Part shown: in pieces, positions 49,323 to 58,495 of the stretch | Layout: every line of letters begins with the position of its first letter | Position numbering within the stretch: the first letter of the stretch is position 1 | Virus record (IMG/VR): IMGVR_UViG_3300046786_000128 | Coordinates: 1 to 64,000 of that record | Reading direction: 5' to 3' (one strand) | Length of the DNA stretch: 64,000 nucleotides | DNA from: a virus | Lineage: Duplodnaviria; Caudoviricetes | The notes under the pieces: generated by a model | The model's input: the letters and a program-made list of their open reading frames with translations, nothing else | Databases searched by the model: none | Told to the model about the DNA's origin: nothing | Made by a program: the position numbers and the translations under genes

Positions 49323-49344
49323 ATATAGAGAGTTAAAGAAAATG

Positions 49345-49728
49345 TTAATCCTGGCTAAGACGTTTGTTCATAGCTTTAGCCATGCCCATCTTTCGAATGT
49401 CGCCTGAGAAAAGATACAGTTCAAATGCTGATTTTTCTGACATTACTTTGATGTAATTCTTTCCAAGATAAAATGGTGAGTTGATGAAGTGATCTAACCA
49501 AACTAAAATTTGTGGAGTTATTTTAGTTTCTTTTGGAAGATCGATTTTATATGTTTTAATATCAGCATGTTTTTCAACGAATTCAATTCCTTGATCTGTT
49601 AAACGCAAACCACTAATATTACTTTCTCTTAGATTATACCACCAAACCGATTTATATTTTTCAAAATCGCTTTCTGGTAATCCTGCTGCTTTGAGGAATA
49701 CCTCTGAATAGGTATTCTTGATATTCAT
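49345..49728 (-). CDS. Hypothetical protein
   Basis: 127 aa ORF; LRLTDQG suggests a winged-helix-like fold (weak). Confidence 0.6.
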   Translation of the reverse strand: MNIKNTYSEVFLKAAGLPESDFEKYKSVWWYNLRESNISGLRLTDQGIEFVEKHADIKTYKIDLPKETKITPQILVWLDHFINSPFYLGKNYIKVMSEKSAFELYLFSGDIRKMGMAKAMNKRLSQD

Positions 49729-49729
49729 G

Positions 49730-50014
49730 TTAACTTATTTGTTCGCCTTGTGTCAATTTAAATACAGCGAAATCGGTTGTCTTGAATAATTTGTTTAGTT
49801 TTTTAGCAAGATTATGTGCATGTCCTGGATTTGAAAAACTTACTTTTTTATACTTAGGACCTGGATAACTAGCCAATAGACTACCGCTTTTTAAATTGAA
49901 AGGTTGACCTTTATAGAACACCGCCCAGATGGCTTCGCTTTCTAAGATTTGTTCAATCTTATACGAATCTTTATTGGCATGTTCTAATATCACTTTGGGT
50001 TTTGGTCTACTCAT
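49730..50014 (-). CDS. Hypothetical protein (basic, late-promoter associated)
   Basis: 94 aa; preceded by the hairpin and TAAATA at 50016-50050. Confidence 0.65.
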   Translation of the reverse strand: MSRPKPKVILEHANKDSYKIEQILESEAIWAVFYKGQPFNLKSGSLLASYPGPKYKKVSFSNPGHAHNLAKKLNKLFKTTDFAVFKLTQGEQIS

Positions 50015-50015
50015 T

Positions 50016-50050
50016 TATATACGTGTCCTAATTAACCACGTATATATTTA
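50016..50050 (-). promoter_or_regulatory. Perfect 10-bp hairpin overlapping TAAATA and the RBS region
   Basis: TATATACGTG (50016-50025) and CACGTATATA (50037-50046) flank an 11-nt loop; TATTTA at 50045-50050; ATG at 50014. Confidence 0.7.
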
Positions 50051-50056
50051 TCTCTA

Positions 50057-50302
50057 TTAGAACGTTCCGCCGTCGAACTTAACATCGATTTTGTTAGATG
50101 ATTCGCGTATTTCGGATAACATTGTATGTATTTCTTGTACAGTTCTACCCAATTTACTTGTTAAAACACTCAATTCAGCAGTTAAATCTCGAGCTTCTTG
50201 AATGGTAATCCTAATCTCTTTTTGTTGGCTACGTTCAGCCACTGCAACTCTGTTAATTAGTTTTTCAACGCTTGGTAATGTTGTTATATCATTTGCTGAC
50301 AT
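50057..50302 (-). CDS. Hypothetical coiled-coil protein
   Basis: 81 aa ORF. Confidence 0.6.
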   Translation of the reverse strand: MSANDITTLPSVEKLINRVAVAERSQQKEIRITIQEARDLTAELSVLTSKLGRTVQEIHTMLSEIRESSNKIDVKFDGGTF

Positions 50303-50765
50303 TTGATAGCACCTGTTTCATTTCAAGTTCCGTTTTAAACGGACCTTTGTATTCGTATCGCTGTAGTGTTATTAGTTTAGGACAATGCGATTTAACCCAA
50401 CCTTTGTCGAATTTAATAACATAGTAACCAGCACAATATAAACTTTTACTGTCACTGCTTTTAGTAAAAAGAGGAAGTTTGCGTTTGATATCAAACATTG
50501 CATTAAATGGAACAGTGGAAGTTGTGTATCCATGTACTTCGTTTGGTAATGAGTCTGTTGCCTCTTTAATAATTTTAGCAACAAAGAAGTCTTTACCGAA
50601 TTGTTTAGTTAGACTTTCTTTATTGTCATAAATTTTAATACCCAATTCATTACTCATAACAAAACGATTGTCTTCGTTCTTTCTTAGAGTAGCAAATTTT
50701 TCTCCATCCTTCTCAACAATCCAGAATTTATCTTTGATGATTGGTTTAGCATGAATCTCAGTCAT
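50289..50765 (-). CDS. Hypothetical protein
   Basis: 158 aa ORF coupled to rnh. Confidence 0.65.
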   Translation of the reverse strand: MTEIHAKPIIKDKFWIVEKDGEKFATLRKNEDNRFVMSNELGIKIYDNKESLTKQFGKDFFVAKIIKEATDSLPNEVHGYTTSTVPFNAMFDIKRKLPLFTKSSDSKSLYCAGYYVIKFDKGWVKSHCPKLITLQRYEYKGPFKTELEMKQVLSNVSK

Positions 50766-51748
50766 TATATGTACCTCGCATTAAGTGGCTCTGCATAGGC
50801 CTGTGCCTGCTCTGCAATCTTTTTAAGATCATACAATCCGCAGAATTTCATCAGTCTAAGTCCTACCTGACTAATGTTTTTATTTGCACCTGTTGCTTCT
50901 GCAATAGTTGTAGCAATAATTTCTTTAATGTCATCCGGTTGATGTGCTAGATCGATTAGTCTTCGATTGCGTTCGTAATCTTCCATCACGCGATGTTCGA
51001 TACCGTTATGGTCCGTCCAACGTTGCAACATCAAATTATTCCAGTTGAAGCCTTTTGTTTTACGATCTTCGTAGGCTTCAGTTAATCCAACTTTTTTACT
51101 TGTACCTTTAGTACGTACACCAGGATAAGCACTGAAGACATTATCGCTAGTATCACCGCGCATACATTTTTCAAACAATAGCCATTCTGGATCAGGTGGT
51201 ATCTTAGGCAACTGTGTTTTCTTATCGATTACATATTTGCCTTTAACATCAAAATAACCTTCGTGTGTAATTGTTGTTTCACTAACACCGTTGTACTGTT
51301 TAACATTAGGAGCAATCAATTGTACAAAATCTGTATCTGTACTAATAATAACGTGGTGATCGTTAGGATGGCTCTGAATAAATCCTGCAATTAAATCGTC
51401 TGCTTCTAGTTGCGGATGCTGTAATACTGTACAGTTAGTTTTTTCAGTAATGAAGTCTTTAAAGGTATCAAATGCTTCCCAAAAGACTTTTTCTTCTTCT
51501 GCTTCTTTTTCTGTGTGAGCAGCACGGGCTTCTGCTCGTTGAGCTTTATAAGGCTTGTAATAGTCTTTGCGCCAGCTACGACCTTCTAGGCAAAATACAA
51601 CGTGTGTACCTCCAAAGTCTTGCCATGCCTTTTTAATACTGTTTAAAGTAATATGGAATGCCATGCCAAGTTTAATGTCGGCATCACCGTTGATGACGTG
51701 TCTAGCACGAAAGAATGTATTTGCTGTATCTACTAAAATATATGTCAT
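50765..51748 (-). CDS. rnh: T4-type RNase H / 5'-3' exonuclease (FEN-like)
   Basis: YILVDTANTFFR, EGRSWRK, LEADDLIA, IISTDTDFVQL, MRGDTSDNV. Confidence 0.9.
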   Translation of the reverse strand: MTYILVDTANTFFRARHVINGDADIKLGMAFHITLNSIKKAWQDFGGTHVVFCLEGRSWRKDYYKPYKAQRAEARAAHTEKEAEEEKVFWEAFDTFKDFITEKTNCTVLQHPQLEADDLIAGFIQSHPNDHHVIISTDTDFVQLIAPNVKQYNGVSETTITHEGYFDVKGKYVIDKKTQLPKIPPDPEWLLFEKCMRGDTSDNVFSAYPGVRTKGTSKKVGLTEAYEDRKTKGFNWNNLMLQRWTDHNGIEHRVMEDYERNRRLIDLAHQPDDIKEIIATTIAEATGANKNISQVGLRLMKFCGLYDLKKIAEQAQAYAEPLNARYI

Positions 51749-52209
51749 TTATTGTTCTTCACTACGGATTGAATATCTAGAGATCCTGTTTCTACAGGAC
51801 CACCGTAATCACCGTCAACTACTACGTTAGCACATAGTTCTCGAAACCAACGATCAACAATTTCTTCGTCCTTGTCACCGTCAACTCCGTAACCTTCTTG
51901 TTTCAATTTTAACACAAAATGGTCGTTCCAGTCAAGTTCGAAAAATCCGTTGCGAACATTTTCTTTGTTTACATGAGTATTAAGAACTCCTACCCAAGGT
52001 TCCTTTTTGCGTGTTGCACGATCCTTGGGACTTAGTTTTGAAAGTTCTTCGGCTTCTTTTGCTTTTTCGGCTTCTTGTCTAGCACGTTCTGCTTCTCGTT
52101 GATGAGCTGCTGTCTCTTCTACAGCCTGCATTAACTTAGACTCGGCATCGGCAATTGTTGCTTCTAGCTTATCTACACCAGTAATCTTTTTAAAGAATTT
52201 TCCTAACAT
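51745..52209 (-). CDS. Hypothetical protein with N-terminal coiled coil
   Basis: Likely start ATG 52209 (MLGKFFKK), TAATG-coupled to the queE stop. Confidence 0.6.
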   Translation of the reverse strand: MLGKFFKKITGVDKLEATIADAESKLMQAVEETAAHQREAERARQEAEKAKEAEELSKLSPKDRATRKKEPWVGVLNTHVNKENVRNGFFELDWNDHFVLKLKQEGYGVDGDKDEEIVDRWFRELCANVVVDGDYGGPVETGSLDIQSVVKNNK

Positions 52210-53060
52210 TAGGTACCCCACTCGTTTTTAAACAACGGAACTTGTAATCTATCACTGTATCTTAGTCCGTGTTTCATAGCAAACTCTGCTACTTTTCTAT
52301 TATTCATGCTGTAAACACTTTCAACACCCCCTACTGGCATTAGATAGCAAGGACCTTGAAATCCTTCTGCACGATAAATGTCTAATGTTTCTAATGCTTC
52401 TTCGGCATCTTCTTCTGTAGAGATAACAAACTTAAGATATGTATAACCTACTTCTTCATATTCGCAAACAACGTCTGGACGAATTGCTTCGTCTCTAGCT
52501 TCACCTGAACAACTTAGTTTAGCACTAACACTAAATGTTAGATTGTGACGTGTACGATCCATGTTTAGCTTACCCCATTTAAGAAGCTCTAATTTAAAAT
52601 CGTCGGAAAGTTTCTGAGTACCATTTGTTTCAAATGTAATCTCTTTCAAACCTAACATCTTAGGATGATTGAGCAAGTCTGGATAAGCACGTTGCCAACC
52701 TAGCAAAGGTTCGCCACCTGTGATTACAAGATGTTCGTCGCGCCATTCTTTGTACGGTAACGTATCCACAATAGCATCGGCAACCGCACTAGTATCCATA
52801 AGGGGAGATAGATGCTTAAAGCGAGGATCCCAACTAGCGTAACTATCACAACCTGTACTAACCAAAGGAAGTAATTTGTACTCGGAGTACTTAGACGGGT
52901 CAACATTGTCTGCTTCATTACTTAATTCTCCTTTAGGCATGCCAAATCCTGCACATTTAAAATTACATCCAAATGTACGTAAGAAAACAGAAGGAACACC
53001 CATGTAGCGTCCTTCACCCTGAATGCTGTAAAACAGCTCTGCAATTTTTAATTTACTCAT
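52209..53060 (-). CDS. queE: 7-carboxy-7-deazaguanine synthase (radical SAM)
   Basis: ELFYSIQGEG...VFLRTFGCNFKC, CDS, LVITGGEP, ITFETNGT, YLKFVI, RLQVPLF; likely start 53060 (MSKLKIAE). Confidence 0.9.
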   Translation of the reverse strand: MSKLKIAELFYSIQGEGRYMGVPSVFLRTFGCNFKCAGFGMPKGELSNEADNVDPSKYSEYKLLPLVSTGCDSYASWDPRFKHLSPLMDTSAVADAIVDTLPYKEWRDEHLVITGGEPLLGWQRAYPDLLNHPKMLGLKEITFETNGTQKLSDDFKLELLKWGKLNMDRTRHNLTFSVSAKLSCSGEARDEAIRPDVVCEYEEVGYTYLKFVISTEEDAEEALETLDIYRAEGFQGPCYLMPVGGVESVYSMNNRKVAEFAMKHGLRYSDRLQVPLFKNEWGT

Positions 53061-53066
53061 ATTAAT

Positions 53067-53096
53067 ATTATACACTTTTATTATTAGTTAAGTCAA
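53067..53096 (-). promoter_or_regulatory. Sigma70-like promoter upstream of queE
   Basis: TTGACT-18 nt-TATAAT on the minus strand, inside the 3' end of the deaminase gene. Confidence 0.6.
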
Positions 53097-53532
53097 CCTG
53101 TTCTACTTGTATCCCCGACGCCTTAAGGAAATCCACCCCGGCACTATCCCGATAAGCAGTACCAAAGAATACTCGTCTAATACCTGTTTGGTAGATAAGT
53201 TTGGCACAGTCCAAGCAAGGAGCATGAGTAACAAATAAATCCCCATCGAGACCAGACTCGTTACTTCTAGCAAGTTTTGCAATGGCGTTAGTTTCTGCAT
53301 GTAATACCTCTGGTCTAGTTTTTAAAATAACTTCGGGTTCATCTTCCCCGTTGTCTTCATAAATTTCATACTCACAGTTGTTATCCCAACCTGCCGGCAT
53401 ACCATTATAGCCGATAGAAATAATTCTATCATCTTTGACTACAATAGCGCCAACGTGTAAACGGCGAGCATGACTAAGCTCTGCGAATGTCTCCGCAGTT
53501 TTCATATATGCTTCTTTAAGTCGTAATTTCAT
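53068..53532 (-). CDS. cd: dCMP deaminase
   Basis: VGAIVVKDDRIISIGYNG, HAETNAI, APCLDCAK zinc-deaminase motifs. Confidence 0.9.
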   Translation of the reverse strand: MKLRLKEAYMKTAETFAELSHARRLHVGAIVVKDDRIISIGYNGMPAGWDNNCEYEIYEDNGEDEPEVILKTRPEVLHAETNAIAKLARSNESGLDGDLFVTHAPCLDCAKLIYQTGIRRVFFGTAYRDSAGVDFLKASGIQVEQVDLTNNKSV

Positions 53533-53698
53533 TTTTTAATCGTCTTTTGCGACATTCTTTTTTAACTTCGGCAGGAATGTCTGGATGCCATTCTGCCATT
53601 CCGCAGTCATAGACACGATACTCTGGTGCATCGATATTTGATAGCAATAGAACCCAAAATACACAGGCTACTAAAAACCCTATAACGTACTTGATCAT
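53516..53698 (-). CDS. Small membrane-anchored protein
   Basis: MIKYVIGFLVACVFWVLLL hydrophobic N-terminus; likely start 53698. Confidence 0.55.
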   Translation of the reverse strand: MIKYVIGFLVACVFWVLLLSNIDAPEYRVYDCGMAEWHPDIPAEVKKECRKRRLKNEITT

Positions 53699-53892
53699 AA
53701 TTCTTCGCTTATAAGTAGTTTGCACATAAATGCATCGTGTTCTTGATTAAATTTAAAGGTTAGACAGTCTTCACTAGCTTGGCTAATATATTTTCCGCCC
53801 GGCAAACCGAAATGCTCTATTACAGTAGCACAAGTTTCATTCCACTCGGTATTTGATTGTGACTTCCATTTTATCGATACATCAAACATCAA
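53695..53892 (-). CDS. Small hypothetical protein
   Basis: 65 aa; overlaps its neighbours. Confidence 0.55.
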   Translation of the reverse strand: MMFDVSIKWKSQSNTEWNETCATVIEHFGLPGGKYISQASEDCLTFKFNQEHDAFMCKLLISEEL

Positions 53893-54472
53893 GCATGTCC
53901 TTTATTTTATGATACACAATATTATTTCCGTGTTCGGTATAATGATTTACATTTCCTCGTTCGGTAGTCCATAAGTTACTAAAATCTATATGACAATTTT
54001 CTATTCTGAGATCGTTTGCAATTGGAATATGCGATACGCTAATATAAGGAATATTAATTGTGTTATTAATTTTTTCTCTTAACAATTTATAGATATCGAT
54101 CTGATATTCTTCGTCATAATGAAATTCAAAAAACTTCTTAGATGCTTGTAAATTACTATTGAATGGATCAAAGTGTCCTACAAGATCTGTAATTATTAAA
54201 TCGCAATTTTTATGAAAACCTGTTGTATGAAGCGGATGATTTCTAGTATGTATCCTACTTGGACTAGTGTGACTTACGATAACACAATCAAACTGTGACA
54301 AGTCAACATTTTTAATTTGCTTGTAAATTTTATATTCGCCTATACCTGGTTCAGCCAAATTTGTAACATCGAATTTTTTAGCAAGAAGATTGACCCAACC
54401 ATTTACAGCGTTGGGCCATTCGGCAGCAAAACTATCTCCAGTTATGAGTAATTTTTTTGTTGTTTCAACCAT
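53882..54472 (-). CDS. SGNH/GDSL hydrolase-like protein
   Basis: LLITGDSFAA, NLAEPGIGE, C-terminal NHYTEHGN. Confidence 0.6.
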   Translation of the reverse strand: MVETTKKLLITGDSFAAEWPNAVNGWVNLLAKKFDVTNLAEPGIGEYKIYKQIKNVDLSQFDCVIVSHTSPSRIHTRNHPLHTTGFHKNCDLIITDLVGHFDPFNSNLQASKKFFEFHYDEEYQIDIYKLLREKINNTINIPYISVSHIPIANDLRIENCHIDFSNLWTTERGNVNHYTEHGNNIVYHKIKDMLDV

Positions 54473-55272
54473 GGAATATAATGTTTAGCTACTAGATCGT
54501 GATAATCTTTATTGTAGTGTTCGTTATCTTCGATAAAGAAATTTTTATGATCAATGCCTGTCTGCCTCAAATAACTTTCTACTGTTTTTCCTGCAACTTT
54601 AGTATTTTTTAATTTACCGTAGTAGTCAAACTTTGTAGGAAACTTCAAACGATCTGTAAAGTTAAACAAATGCAACTTTGCATTATTATCGGCACAGATG
54701 TTATCCCAAGCATATACTGATTGTAAAAATTCTCTTTTTTCTAAGAATGTATTTAATTCAAAGAATAGTTTCACTTGCATATAACTGTGTTTGCGAATGT
54801 CTGGTTTAATTAGACCATCTTCACTACTAAATTCAATACCGGGAAATTTGTCATAATCACTATAGATTGATTTGTTTAATAATTGTAAAGTATTATCTTT
54901 GACAACTCCGTCCATGTATCTATGAATCATATCTGTTGAATTGTCAAGTTTATATTGAAACCAATCTACAGGAATAGCTTCTTCGTTTGACAAGTCATCG
55001 GCAGCGATTACAAATCTATTAAATGCAGCCATACAAATAAAAACTTCGTCAATGTCGTTGTAAGTTTCAAACATAGACTTTAACCAGTCAGTATAAAGTC
55101 TGTTTGTTGCACCAGATAGTGCATATACAACAACGGGTTTATTATTCAGTTCGCTGTAAATCTCTGCGTAATTATTATCATTCCATTGACTAAAACTACC
55201 AAGTCCTTTGCTATTAGGAACAGACTGATAGCCCATAGTATGGCTATCGCCGATAAACAAAGTTCTTGACAT
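54442..55272 (-). CDS. SGNH/GDSL hydrolase-like protein
   Basis: LFIGDSHTMG, ALSGATN, C-terminal EHYNKDYH; likely start 55272. Confidence 0.6.
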   Translation of the reverse strand: MSRTLFIGDSHTMGYQSVPNSKGLGSFSQWNDNNYAEIYSELNNKPVVVYALSGATNRLYTDWLKSMFETYNDIDEVFICMAAFNRFVIAADDLSNEEAIPVDWFQYKLDNSTDMIHRYMDGVVKDNTLQLLNKSIYSDYDKFPGIEFSSEDGLIKPDIRKHSYMQVKLFFELNTFLEKREFLQSVYAWDNICADNNAKLHLFNFTDRLKFPTKFDYYGKLKNTKVAGKTVESYLRQTGIDHKNFFIEDNEHYNKDYHDLVAKHYIPWLKQQKNYS

Positions 55273-55784
55273 TATTTGGTCCACCATTCTTCGTAGGGGA
55301 ATTCAACCCATACATCTTCTTCTGCTTTGTTAATTTCTAATCCACAATAATCAACTTCGCGAACACATTTACTAGATAAGTTATCCACTAGTACTGCAAA
55401 TCTAACATTATTGCCCCAGACAGAATTCCATCTTTCACCGTTAGGGAAGCAACCACTAGGCCAATCTTTCATGATCCAATTAAGAGTTGATCCTTGATCG
55501 TTAATATCATCAACAATTAAAATTTTCATTGGTGCTTTATCGTAACCAAAGGCATCCTCGGCCATCCAGAGATTACTTTCTGGCTCCATAGTGCCATCTC
55601 GCAAACTAACGTTTAATGTGTGCATAGGCACATCTAAATAATGGCTCAGCATTACAGCGGCCTGTAATCCACCTCTAGTCAATCCTACAATATAATCAGG
55701 GCGCCAATTATCTTTTGCCATTTGTCTAGCAATGCTAATAAGCATGCCTTTAAACTCTGTGTTATTAATTATGAGCTTGTTCAT
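55272..55784 (-). CDS. Type I phosphoribosyltransferase (purine PRTase-like)
   Basis: DYIVGLTRGG, KILIVDDINDQGSTL PRPP loop, WVEFPYE. Confidence 0.85.
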   Translation of the reverse strand: MNKLIINNTEFKGMLISIARQMAKDNWRPDYIVGLTRGGLQAAVMLSHYLDVPMHTLNVSLRDGTMEPESNLWMAEDAFGYDKAPMKILIVDDINDQGSTLNWIMKDWPSGCFPNGERWNSVWGNNVRFAVLVDNLSSKCVREVDYCGLEINKAEEDVWVEFPYEEWWTK

Positions 55785-56232
55785 ATCTTTCCTGTAGGTA
55801 TTGCTCGTGTTGTACCCATTTGTTATTAACTAAGAATCCCCACTCGCGTTTTTGCGGGCCTGGCATAAACAGTGTCCATGCAGTTACGCCAGGCTCAAGC
55901 TCAATACGATGATAAGAACCAGCCCCACATATACGAAAATGGCCGGGTCCTCGCCATTTACGTATTTCACCAATTTTGATACCTTGTTGGTTAAACTCAG
56001 GAATCCATTCATAGTAACCACCTTTTAATATTAGCGTAGCATAGGACCAAGGATGATCATGAACATCATCCGGGTCGCCTTTTAAAAATTTATGCAAGAA
56101 TACATTAAATGGAAACTTGTTTCTTTCTTTTAAGAACAAATAGTATCGTTCTAAATACGGTTCGTTATTTACACGATCCATAACAATACGCTTACGACCT
56201 AGACGTTCTAAAAAATTAAGAAACCATTTCAT
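55765..56232 (-). CDS. Cupin-fold protein
   Basis: HDHPW...ILKGGYYE and HRIEL...WTLF metal-binding cupin motifs. Confidence 0.7.
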   Translation of the reverse strand: MKWFLNFLERLGRKRIVMDRVNNEPYLERYYLFLKERNKFPFNVFLHKFLKGDPDDVHDHPWSYATLILKGGYYEWIPEFNQQGIKIGEIRKWRGPGHFRICGAGSYHRIELEPGVTAWTLFMPGPQKREWGFLVNNKWVQHEQYLQERYEQAHN

Positions 56233-56444
56233 TTACATGTCTCCAGAAATTCGTCAAATCTTTTAACTGCTTCGTTAAAATCTACTGCCCAAACCTTAGC
56301 TTCGATTTCATTGCCGTTGATTTTTATATCAAACGGTATAAATCCGTTAAATCTAAATTCGCTGGGAACTGTAGTTGTAACTGTAAATTCTACAAGATTT
56401 TTAGCCCTGTAGATTAAATTATGCATCATGTCTACTGAATTCAT
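56229..56444 (-). CDS. Small hypothetical protein
   Basis: 71 aa; ATGA overlaps. Confidence 0.55.
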   Translation of the reverse strand: MNSVDMMHNLIYRAKNLVEFTVTTTVPSEFRFNGFIPFDIKINGNEIEAKVWAVDFNEAVKRFDEFLETCK

Positions 56445-57142
56445 CTTGGGGCAAACTCCTGTTGCATTTTAATGTTATCAAAGAACTCTTTCTTTGTACC
56501 AGGATCATCTTTAAATGCACCTTTAAGTACAGTAGTCTGAGTTAACGAGCTATGCGCCATAATACCACGATTCTCACAGCAACCGTGTGTTGCTTGAATG
56601 TAAACTGCTACATTTTCTGAATCAGTTGCTTTGCTAATCTCACGGGCAATGTCGTTACAAAGTTCCTCCTGGAGAGTACCTCGTCTTGCACACCACTGTG
56701 CGATACGTGTGTACTTTGAGAGTCCGATGAGTTTCTGGGCAGCAATAATACCAATATAAGCAACGCCAGAAACAGGTTGGTGATGATGACTGCACATACT
56801 ACGCAACTCACTGCGAACAACCAGCATACCTTCGTAACGGTCTTCCGAGTCATTTGGAAATGCTGTTGCGTCTGGTGCTTGTTCATATCTACCTGCCATT
56901 ATTTCTTTGTAGTACATTTTAGCAAGGCGTCTTGCTGTACCTTTGCTATTAGGATCTGTTTCACGATCGATTAGTAGTGCATCTAGCACACCTTCAAATG
57001 CTACAGTTGCTTCGTTAATAAGTTCTTCTTGAGCAGCTTCTGAAATGTAACTTGAAATATTATCTCCGGCCCAGAAGCGTTTGTTATCTGCTTTCATTTT
57101 ATCGCGAATAACTTGCGATAGATTTTTACTTGTATCTGTCAA
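56441..57142 (-). CDS. folE: GTP cyclohydrolase I
   Basis: TARRLAKMY, SMCSHHHQP, GLSKYTRI, GTLQEE, THGCCENRG; TTG start with GGAG RBS. Confidence 0.95.
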   Translation of the reverse strand: MTDTSKNLSQVIRDKMKADNKRFWAGDNISSYISEAAQEELINEATVAFEGVLDALLIDRETDPNSKGTARRLAKMYYKEIMAGRYEQAPDATAFPNDSEDRYEGMLVVRSELRSMCSHHHQPVSGVAYIGIIAAQKLIGLSKYTRIAQWCARRGTLQEELCNDIAREISKATDSENVAVYIQATHGCCENRGIMAHSSLTQTTVLKGAFKDDPGTKKEFFDNIKMQQEFAPR

Positions 57143-57181
57143 TTATAATTTCTCCGAGTTTATGTCGTGGATGACATTAAC

Positions 57182-58252
57182 TTATTTTAACATCTCTAGT
57201 AGTGCATTGCAACTAAAGTAATGTTCTCTAAGTTCATCTACCTGCTTATTTAGACGAGGTAGGAATTTTTCATAATTATTCATGTATTGAATAATCTTTC
57301 CACATACTTCAGGCCGATGTGCAGTATATTCTTCGTACGATTCGGTCCATTCGCTAGGATACTTAAACGTATCAAATGCCATCTCGCTGTAGCTTAGTCT
57401 ATCTGGAACCATAGGGATAGCATCTACAATAGCACCTTCGTACCAACTAATACCAAGTGTTTCTTGTAAGTTAGCACTAAACACTAATTTAGCTTCGCCT
57501 AACAAATTGTGATATTCGTTCTTTGTTAGTTGTTGATCCTGACATACAACGAATTCGTATTGCGGAAGATGTTCTTTTAAATCGCGAAAGATTTCAACTT
57601 GTTTCTCAGGAGCGATGCGATGAGGGAACAAAATTAAATCACGTTTGGGCATATTCTTGTACATTACAAGAGTATCTTCCATATACTCCATAGGCCAGCC
57701 TGTACGCACAATTTTATTATTGTCGTGATTTTCACGTAAGCCAACAATGCAACCTAAAAGCTCTTCACAAAATAGTTCAATGTGAAAATCAGTGGCAAAG
57801 TAGTTATGATCAATAGCGTGAAAGAAACTCTTTTCAGCATGTCTAACCCAAGGAGCATCACCAATAAGACGTCCTAAGAAATCTTGTGGATCATAGCTGC
57901 CAGCATGCCATAGTGCGTGAATTGTTACAGGAATATGTAACAACTCGCTCATGTATTTTAAGTTGATGATGCCAGGGTGCCAAGCATCAGTAAAAATAAA
58001 GTGATCGCCGGGATGAACGGATCCGTCACAAAATAAACGGCCCATCTGCTCAACCTGTGAAGCTTTGTATATATTGGTACCACCAAAATTAAGAAAAGCG
58101 CCTGGAGTGGTAGCACTAGGAATATCTTCAGGGCCACAGATAACTTGAACATTATGACCTGCCTTTTTAAGTAGTTTAGGTACATGGGACTTCCATTGTC
58201 CCGTGTACCTTGTTTCTACCGCTTCGAGATCAACGAGAAAAACGTTGCTCAT
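57182..58252 (-). CDS. GT-B fold glycosyltransferase within the deazaguanine region
   Basis: Likely start 58252 (MSNVFLVDLE); ILFPHRIAPEKQ and QETLGISWYEG match the GT4-type E-x7-E donor-binding region. Confidence 0.75.
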   Translation of the reverse strand: MSNVFLVDLEAVETRYTGQWKSHVPKLLKKAGHNVQVICGPEDIPSATTPGAFLNFGGTNIYKASQVEQMGRLFCDGSVHPGDHFIFTDAWHPGIINLKYMSELLHIPVTIHALWHAGSYDPQDFLGRLIGDAPWVRHAEKSFFHAIDHNYFATDFHIELFCEELLGCIVGLRENHDNNKIVRTGWPMEYMEDTLVMYKNMPKRDLILFPHRIAPEKQVEIFRDLKEHLPQYEFVVCQDQQLTKNEYHNLLGEAKLVFSANLQETLGISWYEGAIVDAIPMVPDRLSYSEMAFDTFKYPSEWTESYEEYTAHRPEVCGKIIQYMNNYEKFLPRLNKQVDELREHYFSCNALLEMLK

Positions 58253-58484
58253 TACGGCGACCGTTGTTATCCCAGCGTGGCTTGTTACCCTGATATGGGC
58301 GACGTGGACGCTTGCTTGCAAGGTATGCTTGATAGTTAGCACTGTCCTTGCGATACAATTCCGCTGGGTTGAAGTCGCACATTTCTAAGCGACAATAATC
58401 GTGATATGCTTCGATGTCATCGAAGATTTTTACCACATCGGGACGATTTTCAAAATAAGCGTAATCGTTGTAATTCTTAGCCAT
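58230..58484 (-). CDS. Small hypothetical protein with Arg-rich tail
   Basis: 84 aa; AAGGA RBS. Confidence 0.6.
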   Translation of the reverse strand: MAKNYNDYAYFENRPDVVKIFDDIEAYHDYCRLEMCDFNPAELYRKDSANYQAYLASKRPRRPYQGNKPRWDNNGRRNEQRFSR

Positions 58485-58495
58485 TATAGCTTTCC

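Noticed and set aside
56441-57142. folE as an auxiliary folate-metabolism gene
   Set aside because: Its neighbours are queE, a T-fold gene and dpdA, with no other folate genes; deazaguanine synthesis is the simpler explanation.
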